A DNA stretch of 34,623 nucleotides from Candidatus Geohabitans tengchongensis (GTDB lineage: Bacteria > Sysuimicrobiota > Sysuimicrobiia > Sysuimicrobiales > Humicultoraceae). Each line of letters begins with the position of its first letter. Within the stretch, counting starts at the first letter, position 1. A program made the translations under genes and the position numbers. This document shows, piece after piece, positions 22,154-29,804 of the stretch. The notes under the pieces are model-generated. The model made no database searches. It was not told the DNA's origin and was given only the letters and a program-made list of their open reading frames with translations. Location of the stretch: NCBI GenBank assembly GCA_031459625.1, contig JAVKIH010000002.1, forward strand, positions 1 to 34,623, written 5' to 3'.

Positions 22154-25100
22154 GGGGGTCCTTCCAGCCAGGCGGCCACCTGGTCGAACTCCGCCTGCAG
22201 CACGGTCAGCGCCTCCTCCCCGCGCACCCGCACCCCGCGCGCCCGCACCACCGTCTCCTGCCCCGATCCCACCAGGTGCAGGACGAGCCCGTGCGGTCCG
22301 GGGTGGCGGTCGAGGGAGCGGCGCAGGCGCTCCAGGCCCTCGGGGCCGAGGGAGGCGGGCAGGCGCACGTGCAGGTCTCCGGCCGGGTCCGCGGCCGGGG
22401 CCTCGGCCGCGGCGGAGAGCGCTTCCCCCTCCTCCCCGTCGTCTGCCGTCCCCGCCGGTCGGACGGCGACACCGTTCAGGGTGACCGGCTCGGCGGCCGG
22501 CGCCTCCGCCAGCGGGAAGAGCGCGTCGGCCAGGACCTTCACCTGCTGCTCGGCGACGTCCACGCGCCCGCGCACCACCAGGATGGCGTCCTTCTTCAGC
22601 AGGACGGCGTGCTGCTCGTAGGTGCGTGGGAAGACGATCACCTCGACGCTCCCGGTGAGGTCCTCCAGGGTCAGGAAGGCCATCACCGAGCCGCTCTTGG
22701 TGGTGGTGCGCTTCAGGGCGGCGACGATCCCGCCGACGGTGACCGGCGTGCGGTCGCGCACCTCGGCGAGCTGGCCGATGGGCAGGCTGGTGCGCGCGGC
22801 CAGGTCCTCCTGCACGTGGGCCAGCGGGTGGTCGGAGATGTACAGGCCCAGCATCTCCTTCTCCATGGCCAGCCGTTCCTCTTGGGTGAACTCGGGCAGC
22901 CCGACGCTGCCGTCCGGCATCGCCGGAGTGCTCTCGACCCCCACGTCGAACAGCCCCTGCTGGAGGGAGTCCCGCAGCCGCTGTGCCCGCTGCCCCGCCG
23001 CCAGCGCGCCGTCCAGGGCGGCCAGCAGCTGGGCCCGCGGCACGCCCAGCGAGTCGAACGCCCCCGCCTTGATGAGCGCCTCCACCACGCGCTTGTTCAC
23101 CACGCGCGTGTCGACGCGGGCGCAGAAGTCCGCCAGGCCGGTGAAGGGGCCGCCGGCCTCGCGGGCGCGGATGATCTCCTGCACCGCCCCCAGCCCCACG
23201 TGCTTCACCGCCCCCAGCCCGAAGCGGATGGCCCCGCCGGCCACGGCGAAGTTCTCCGCCGAGGCGTTCACGTCGGGCGGCAGCACCTGCAGCCCCATGC
23301 GCCGCGCCTCGGCCACGGCCAGCGCCACCTTGGCCTGCCAGTCCTGGCCCTGCGCCTCGTGGGTGAGGACCGCCGTCATGTACTCCACCGGGTAGTTGGC
23401 CTTCAGGTAGGCGGTGTAGTAGGCGATGAGGCCGTAGCAGGCCGCGTGCGCTCGGTTGAAGCCGTAGCGGGCGAAGGGCTCGAACTGCTCCCAGAGCTGG
23501 TCGATGACCTTGGGGGGGATGCCGTTGCGCCGGGCCCCGCGCACGAACTTCTCCCGCTGCGCCTCCAGCTTGTCCTTGATCTTCTTGCGGATGGCGTAGC
23601 AGAGGACGTCGGCCTCGGCCAGGGTGAAGCCGGCCACCGCCTGGGCCACGGCCATGACGTCCTCCTGGTAGACCATCACCCCGTAGGTGTCGCGCAGCAC
23701 CGGCTCGAGCCGCGGGTGGAGGTAGGTGATCGGTTCCTTGCCGTGCTTGCGCCGGATGTAGGCGGGGATGTTGGCCATCGGCCCCGGGCGGAAGAGGGCG
23801 ACCATGGCCATGATGTCCTCGATGCGCGAGGGGCGCAGCTCGCGCAGGTAGCGGGTCATCCCCGCCCCCTCCAGCTGGAAGATCCCCACGGTCTCCCCCG
23901 CGGAGAGCAGGTCGTAGGTGGCCTGGTCATCCAGCGGGATCGCCTTGAGGTCGATGCGCACGCCGCGGGTCTGCTCGATGATCCGGAGCGCCGTGTCCAG
24001 GATGGTGAGGTTCACCAGGCCCAGGAAGTCCATCTTGAGCAGGCCGATCTTGTCCACGGAGTTCATGTCGTACTGGGTCATCACCAGGTCGCCCTTGGTG
24101 GCCTTCTGCAGCGGCACGTGCTCCGTCAGCGGCTCCCGGGAGATGATCACCCCGGCGGCGTGGGTGCTGGCGTGGCGGGCCACGCCCTCCAGCTTGCGGG
24201 CCAGGTCGAGCAGGCGCCGGACCTGCGCGGACTCGCGGGCCAGGCGGGCGAGCTCGGGGTCCTGGCGCAGCGCCTCGTCCAGGGTGGCGTTGAAGGGGAT
24301 GAGCTTGGCGATGCGGTCCACGTCGCCGTAGGGCAGCCCCATGACCCGGCCCACGTCGCGCACCGCCTGGCGGGCCCCCATGGTGCCGAAGGTGATGATC
24401 TGGGCGACGTGGTCGAGCCCGTACTTGTCGATGACGTAGCGGATGACCTCGTCCCGCCGGCTGTCCATGAAGTCCACATCGATGTCCGGCGGGGTGAAGC
24501 GTTCCAGGTTGAGGAAGCGCTCGAAGGGCAGGCGGTAGCGGATGGGGTCGACGTCGGTGACCCCGAGCGCATACAGGACCAGGCTGCCGGCGGCGGAGCC
24601 GCGCACCGTGGTGAGGATGCCGCGCTCGCGGGCGAAGCGGACGAAGTCCCAGACGATGAGGAAGTACGCGGCGTAGCCGGTCTGGGCGATGACGCGCAGC
24701 TCCTCGTCCAGCCGCGCCTGCAGCTCCGGGGTGACGCGGCCGTAGAGGCGGCGCAGCCCGGCCTCGCACAGGGCGCGCAGGTAGGAGTCGGCCGTCTCCC
24801 CGGCCGGGACGGGGAAGTGGGGCAGGCGCAGCGTCCCCATGGGGATCTCCAGGTCGACGCGCTCGGCGATCTCGAGCGGCGTGCGCAGCGCCTCCGGGAG
24901 GTCGGCGAAGAGGCGGGCCATCTCCTCGCCGCGCTTCAGGTAGAACTCGGGGACGTCCCCCATGCGCGGCTTGTCGGTCTGGTCGAGCCCGATGTTCATC
25001 TGGATGCACATCAGGGCGTCCTGGGCGTCGGCGTCCTCCCGGTGGACGTAGTGGACGTCGTTGGTGGCCACCAGCGGCAGGCCCAGGTCGCGGGCCAGGC

Positions 25101-25677
25101 GCACCACGCCGTGGCGCACCTTCGCCTCCTCGGGCAAGCCGTGGTCCTGGACCTCCAGGTAGTAGTGGTCGGGCCCCAGGATGTCCCGGTACGTGGCGGC
25201 GATGCGCCGGGCGGCGGCCTCGTCGTCGGCGAGCAGGGCCCGCGCCACCTCCCCCTGGAGGCAGGCGGAGAGGGCGATGAGCCCCCCGCGGTGGCGGGCC
25301 AGCAGGGCGTGGTCGATGCGCGGCTTGTAGTAGAAGCCGTCCAGGTGGGCGGCCGTGGTGAGGGCGATGAGGTTGCGGTAGCCCTCCAGCGAGGTGGCCA
25401 GCAGCACCAGGTGGTGGGCCACCGCGTCCAGTTTGGGGTCGCGGTCGGCCATGGTCCGGGCGGCGACGTAGGCCTCCACGCCGATGATGGGCTTGAGGCC
25501 GGCCTGCCGCGCCGCCAGGAAGAACTCGATGGCCCCGTACATCGCCCCGTGGTCGGTCAGGGCGATGGCCGGCATGCCCGCGCGCGCCGCCGCCTCCATG
25601 AGCTGGGGGATCCGGCTGTGGCCGTCGAGCAGGGAGTACTCGGTGTGCAGGTGGCAGTGGACGAACGGTTCGGTCAT
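22150..25677 (-). CDS. dnaE: DNA polymerase III alpha subunit
   Basis: PHP domain HLHTEYSLLDG, RGSAAGS, PDIDVDF, KMDFLGL and an OB fold. Confidence 0.97.
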   Translation of the reverse strand: MTEPFVHCHLHTEYSLLDGHSRIPQLMEAAARAGMPAIALTDHGAMYGAIEFFLAARQAGLKPIIGVEAYVAARTMADRDPKLDAVAHHLVLLATSLEGYRNLIALTTAAHLDGFYYKPRIDHALLARHRGGLIALSACLQGEVARALLADDEAAARRIAATYRDILGPDHYYLEVQDHGLPEEAKVRHGVVRLARDLGLPLVATNDVHYVHREDADAQDALMCIQMNIGLDQTDKPRMGDVPEFYLKRGEEMARLFADLPEALRTPLEIAERVDLEIPMGTLRLPHFPVPAGETADSYLRALCEAGLRRLYGRVTPELQARLDEELRVIAQTGYAAYFLIVWDFVRFARERGILTTVRGSAAGSLVLYALGVTDVDPIRYRLPFERFLNLERFTPPDIDVDFMDSRRDEVIRYVIDKYGLDHVAQIITFGTMGARQAVRDVGRVMGLPYGDVDRIAKLIPFNATLDEALRQDPELARLARESAQVRRLLDLARKLEGVARHASTHAAGVIISREPLTEHVPLQKATKGDLVMTQYDMNSVDKIGLLKMDFLGLVNLTILDTALRIIEQTRGVRIDLKAIPLDDQATYDLLSAGETVGIFQLEGAGMTRYLRELRPSRIEDIMAMVALFRPGPMANIPAYIRRKHGKEPITYLHPRLEPVLRDTYGVMVYQEDVMAVAQAVAGFTLAEADVLCYAIRKKIKDKLEAQREKFVRGARRNGIPPKVIDQLWEQFEPFARYGFNRAHAACYGLIAYYTAYLKANYPVEYMTAVLTHEAQGQDWQAKVALAVAEARRMGLQVLPPDVNASAENFAVAGGAIRFGLGAVKHVGLGAVQEIIRAREAGGPFTGLADFCARVDTRVVNKRVVEALIKAGAFDSLGVPRAQLLAALDGALAAGQRAQRLRDSLQQGLFDVGVESTPAMPDGSVGLPEFTQEERLAMEKEMLGLYISDHPLAHVQEDLAARTSLPIGQLAEVRDRTPVTVGGIVAALKRTTTKSGSVMAFLTLEDLTGSVEVIVFPRTYEQHAVLLKKDAILVVRGRVDVAEQQVKVLADALFPLAEAPAAEPVTLNGVAVRPAGTADDGEEGEALSAAAEAPAADPAGDLHVRLPASLGPEGLERLRRSLDRHPGPHGLVLHLVGSGQETVVRARGVRVRGEEALTVLQAEFDQVAAWLEGPP

Positions 25678-25774
25678 CGGTCCCTCGCGGCGTCGTCCCG
25701 GGAGCGGCTTCCGAGAGGCAGTCTACTCCATCCCCGGGAGGCGGTCACGGGGACGGGACCGCACCGGGCCTCGC

Positions 25775-26188
25775 TCAGCGGGCGGCGCCCTCGGGGATCA
25801 CTTCGAAGCCCTGGTCCGCGAAGTGCCGGTCGAAGGCGAACGCCCGCCGCACCCCCCGCCGGCGCATGCACTCGAAGCTGACCCGGTCGACCAGGCTGAC
25901 CTCCCGGTCGCGCGCGGCGATGAGAGCCGTGAGGGCCATTTCGTGCACGTTCTCGTCCACCCACACCGTGGAGAGCACGGGGAGGAGGTCGTCCCGGAGC
26001 GCCTGCACCGCCGCCGTACCGAGGCGCCGCTGCAGCAGGGCGGTGGTCTCGACGAGGACGTAGTTGTGGGTGAGCAGCGGGTCCCCTGCCCGCAGAAGCC
26101 CGGCCCAGGTGGCTGCGGCTGCACGATGCACCTGGTCGTCCCGGTCGAGCAGCGCGTACAGTGCGGAGGTATCGATGAAGGTGTTCAG
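25775..26188 (-). CDS. PIN-domain (VapC-like) toxin; apparent CTG start at 26188
   Basis: (L)NTFIDTSALYALLD..VLVET..SLVD..AFAFDRHF..GF. The first PIN Asp lies upstream of the track's start at 26131. Confidence 0.88.
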   Translation of the reverse strand: MNTFIDTSALYALLDRDDQVHRAAAATWAGLLRAGDPLLTHNYVLVETTALLQRRLGTAAVQALRDDLLPVLSTVWVDENVHEMALTALIAARDREVSLVDRVSFECMRRRGVRRAFAFDRHFADQGFEVIPEGAAR

Positions 26189-26434
26189 CTAGCGGAACTC
26201 CTCAGCCAGGTAGTCGTCGTGGCGGATGCTGACGTCGGACCGTCCCGAGCTGAAGCGCCCGACCACATCCAATGCCCGCCGGCGCCGGGCTTCGGCGGAG
26301 TCCCCCTCCGCCTGCCTCAGCAGCAGATCCACGGCCTGCCTCACCAGGTCGGACTGGGAGACCTTGCGTTCGGCCGCCAGCTTCCGCAGGCGCGCGTCCT
26401 GGTCGTCCGTGAGCTGGACTTGCCTCCTGATCAT
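26189..26434 (-). CDS. CopG/ribbon-helix-helix antitoxin
   Basis: MIRRQVQLT..Q...LRKLA....S.SDLVRQAVD; C-terminal GRFSSG.SDVS.RHDDYL. Confidence 0.88.
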   Translation of the reverse strand: MIRRQVQLTDDQDARLRKLAAERKVSQSDLVRQAVDLLLRQAEGDSAEARRRRALDVVGRFSSGRSDVSIRHDDYLAEEFR

Positions 26435-26468
26435 ACCATTATGATACCACTTTATACCATCATGTCAA
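26433..26468 (-). promoter_or_regulatory. TA promoter with three phased TGGTAT operator repeats
   Basis: TTGACA-16-TATCAT-6-ATG. ATACCA occurs on + at 26433, 26444 and 26454. Confidence 0.75.
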
Positions 26469-26512
26469 CCACACACAGGGGCTGCGGGAAAGGGCGATCT
26501 GCCCGCGGAGCT

Positions 26513-27388
26513 TCACGACTGTTCGCGCCAGCGATCCTCCAGCGCCCACGCCAGGGCCCGCCGGGCCAGCACGCGGCAGGCGTGGCGGCGGTAGGCCGCG
26601 GTCCCCCGGATGTCGTCGATGGGGCGGGCGGCAGCCGCCACGCGCTCGGCGAACCCCTCGAAGGCTTCGGGCGGGAGCTCCGCGCGCGGGTCCTCCCACG
26701 CACCGGCCCGCGCCAGGGCCTGGGCGGCGAAGGCCTCCGCCTCGGGGGCCCGCAGGACCGTCGGGCCCACCGAGCCCAGGGCCACCCGCACCGTGCGCCC
26801 CTCCTCGTCGAGCACCAGGCACAGGCTGGCCACGGCGATGACCATGGCGTTGCGGATGCCCACCTTCGAGAACGAGCCCGCGCCCCGCAGCGGGCGCCAC
26901 CGCGCCCCCAGGATCAGCTCGTCGGGTGCCAGCGCCGTGCGCTTCGGGCCGGTGAGGAAGCGGTCCCAGGGGAGCGTGCGCGGGCCGCGGGCGGCGCTGG
27001 CCACCACCACCTCGGCGTCGTAGGCGGCCAGGACGGGCAGCGCGTCCCCGGCGGGAGAGGCGGTCCCCAGGTTGCCCCCCACGGTGCCGCGGTTGCGGAT
27101 CTGCGGGGAGCCCACCGAGCGGGAGGCCTGCACCAGCGGGAGGATGTCCGGGAGCTCGCGGATGATGCGGGTGTAAGTGACGCCGCTCCCGAGGAACAGC
27201 GTGCCGTCCTCGCGCCGCCACCCGGTGATGCCGGGCAGCCGCCAGAGGTCGAGGATCGCGGGCGGGCGGCGGCGGTCGAAGTTCAGCTCCACCATCAGGT
27301 CGGTCCCGCCGGCGATGGGCACGGCCTCCGGGGTGCGCGCCTTCAGCGCCAGGGCCTCCTCCAGGGTGCGGGGGCGCAGGACCTCCAC
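26513..27388 (-). CDS. Xanthine dehydrogenase/CoxM-family FAD-binding subunit
   Basis: PIAGGTDL, SPQIRNRGTVGGN..ASPAGD and PIDDIRGTAAYR. Confidence 0.92.
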   Translation of the reverse strand: MEVLRPRTLEEALALKARTPEAVPIAGGTDLMVELNFDRRRPPAILDLWRLPGITGWRREDGTLFLGSGVTYTRIIRELPDILPLVQASRSVGSPQIRNRGTVGGNLGTASPAGDALPVLAAYDAEVVVASAARGPRTLPWDRFLTGPKRTALAPDELILGARWRPLRGAGSFSKVGIRNAMVIAVASLCLVLDEEGRTVRVALGSVGPTVLRAPEAEAFAAQALARAGAWEDPRAELPPEAFEGFAERVAAAARPIDDIRGTAAYRRHACRVLARRALAWALEDRWREQS

Positions 27389-27409
27389 GCGGCTGCGGGC
27401 CTCCTCTCC

Positions 27410-28426
27410 TCAGAACTCCCCGTGGGCGAAGGTGTCGATCATCAACCGCACGTCGTCGCCCAGGGGGTACAGCACGGGGCAGGTGCATCCGGCGCCCACG
27501 TACTCCCGCACCTTGGCCTGGCACTCCTCGGGCGTGCCCGAGGCGGTGATCATCTGCACCACATCGTCGGGTACCAGGCGCATGGCCCGGCGGATCTCCT
27601 CAGGGCCTGCCGGCCAGGTGAGGACCCGGCCGATCTCCTCCAGCAGGCCCGGGTCCACCCCGCTCGCCTTCATGATGTGGGGCTGCTGCCCCAGGTACTG
27701 GGTGACCAGTTCCCGGGCGCGGTCCAGCGCGCGCGCCCGGTCCCGGTCCAGCGAGCAGACGACGAGCTGCGGGCGGTCGATGTCCTCGACGCGGCGTCCC
27801 GCCCGCGCGGCTCCCCGGGCGAGGGCGGCCATGGCCTGGGCGTTGTAGGCCGGGCTAACCAGGTAGTTGAGCAGGACGCCGTCGCCGATCTCGCCGGCCA
27901 GCTCCAGCATCTGCAGCCCGGTGGCCCCGATGTAGATGGGGATCCGGCGCGGGGCCCGGTTGCCGTGCACGATGTCGATCTCGATGTCGGTGACGTGGAC
28001 GAACTCGCCGTGGTAGGTGACGCGCTCCATGGCCATGAGGCGGCGCGTCACCTCCACCACCTCGCGCATGGCCCGCAGCGGCCGCTCCCGCCGCACCCCT
28101 ACCTTGGAGGCGAGCGGTTCCCACCACGCCCCGATCCCCAGCATCACCCGGCCCGGGGCCAGGTCATCGAGGGTGACGAAGGTGGCCGCCAGCAACCCCA
28201 CGTTGCGCGTCCACAGGCTGACCACCCCGCTGCCGACCTTGATGCGCTCGGTGACGGCGGCAAAGGCGGCCAGCGGGATGGTGGCCTCGCGCACCAGGCG
28301 GCTCTCCGCCTGCCAGACCGCCTCGAAGCCGTGGGCCTCGGCGTACTGCACGTAGGCCATCCCGTCCCGGATGGGGTGCTTGTCCTGCAGGTAGAGCGCC
28401 ACCCGCCCCGCGCTCGTCACCGCCAC
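27410..28426 (-). CDS. LLM-class (luciferase-like, Mer-like) oxidoreductase
   Basis: [47 protein letters not shown]. Confidence 0.88.
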   Translation of the reverse strand: MAVTSAGRVALYLQDKHPIRDGMAYVQYAEAHGFEAVWQAESRLVREATIPLAAFAAVTERIKVGSGVVSLWTRNVGLLAATFVTLDDLAPGRVMLGIGAWWEPLASKVGVRRERPLRAMREVVEVTRRLMAMERVTYHGEFVHVTDIEIDIVHGNRAPRRIPIYIGATGLQMLELAGEIGDGVLLNYLVSPAYNAQAMAALARGAARAGRRVEDIDRPQLVVCSLDRDRARALDRARELVTQYLGQQPHIMKASGVDPGLLEEIGRVLTWPAGPEEIRRAMRLVPDDVVQMITASGTPEECQAKVREYVGAGCTCPVLYPLGDDVRLMIDTFAHGEF

Positions 28427-28450
28427 CGCCGCACCTCCTCCCCCGCGCCT

Positions 28451-29779
28451 TCAGGTCCCGGCCGGCTCGTACGGGTGGGGTCCCAGCGCCTCCAGGCGCT
28501 GCCACAGCCGCGCCGCCTGCGCCGTCGCCTCGGCCACCACCGCCGCCCGGTCCACCCGTGTGGGCTGCCGGTCCGCCACCACCAGCTCACCGGCCACCAC
28601 CACATCGCGCACCTGGGCCGCGCTCAGCCCGAAGACCCAGTGGCCGGCCACGTTCTCCGCCGCCAGCGGCGTGGGCGGCAGGTACGCCAGGACGACCAGG
28701 TCCGCCGGCGCGCCCGGTTCCAGGCGACCGAGGAGCGGCTCGCCGAAGAGCCGCCCCGCCAGCGCGGCGGCCGCCGCCAGCCGCCTGAGCGGCCAGTCCA
28801 CCCCCACCGCGATGTCGTCCTCCCGCGCCCGCCAGTAGGCCGCCCGTCCCTCGGCGAACATGTCGCCCCCGATGCCGTCGGTCCCCAGGACCACCCGCCC
28901 CCCGAGGCGGCCCACCGGCGCCCGGCCGACGCTGTTGTGCATGTTGGAGCGGGCGTTGTGGGCCACCGTGGCCCGGTGCGCCTGGATGAGGGCGACCTCC
29001 TCCTCGTCGACGTGGACGCAGTGGGCCAGCAGGGCGCCACCGTCGAGGGCCCCGGCGTCGGCCAGGCGGCGGACGACCCGGCGCTCGAAGCGGGCCAGGG
29101 CGTCGCGCTGGTCGGCCAGGTCCTCCGCCACGTGGATATGCACGCCGACGCCGGCGGCGCGCGCCACGGCCACGCACTCGGCCAGCGTCTCCTCCGAGAG
29201 GGTGAAGGAGGCGTGGGCACCGGCGAGCCCGCGGGTGAGCGGGTGGCGCCGCCGCAGGAAGCGGCGGTTCTCCGCCAGCCCCGCCCGGGCGCGCTCGGGG
29301 CCGTCGCGGTCGGTCACCTCGTAGCACAGCACCGAGCGCACGCCCAGCGTCTCCAGGGCCTCGGCGATGACGTCCAGCGCGCCGTCGATGGCGTTGGGGG
29401 AGGCGTGGTGGTCGATCAGCGTGGTGGTGCCGGCCAGCAGCGCCTCCAGCCCCCCCAACAGCGCGGAGGCGCGCAGGCTGGCCTCGTCGAGCGCCCGGTC
29501 GAGCCGCCACCAGACCCGCTGGAGGATCTGCAGGAAGTTCCGGGGCGGCGGCAGGCGGTAGGGCATCCCGCGGGCCAGGGCCGAGTAGAGGTGGGTGTGC
29601 GCGTTCACCTGGCCGGGGAGGATGAGGCAGCCGCTGCAGTCCCGCGCGGGTCCGGCGGCCGTGCCGCCGGCCGCGCCGACCGCGACGACGCGGCCGCCGT
29701 CCACGACCACGTCACCGTGCACCAGGCGCGGCGGGTCCAGGCTCACCAGGACCGTCCCGCCGCGCAGCGTCAGGCCCAT
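28451..29779 (-). CDS. Metal-dependent amidohydrolase, SsnA-like
   Basis: NAHTHLYSALARG, WWRLDRALD, GTTTLIDHHASP, HASFTLS, HIHVAED and LGTDG. Confidence 0.88.
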   Translation of the reverse strand: MGLTLRGGTVLVSLDPPRLVHGDVVVDGGRVVAVGAAGGTAAGPARDCSGCLILPGQVNAHTHLYSALARGMPYRLPPPRNFLQILQRVWWRLDRALDEASLRASALLGGLEALLAGTTTLIDHHASPNAIDGALDVIAEALETLGVRSVLCYEVTDRDGPERARAGLAENRRFLRRRHPLTRGLAGAHASFTLSEETLAECVAVARAAGVGVHIHVAEDLADQRDALARFERRVVRRLADAGALDGGALLAHCVHVDEEEVALIQAHRATVAHNARSNMHNSVGRAPVGRLGGRVVLGTDGIGGDMFAEGRAAYWRAREDDIAVGVDWPLRRLAAAAALAGRLFGEPLLGRLEPGAPADLVVLAYLPPTPLAAENVAGHWVFGLSAAQVRDVVVAGELVVADRQPTRVDRAAVVAEATAQAARLWQRLEALGPHPYEPAGT

Positions 29780-29804
29780 GGGGAGGTCAGGCCTGCCAGC
29801 CGCC

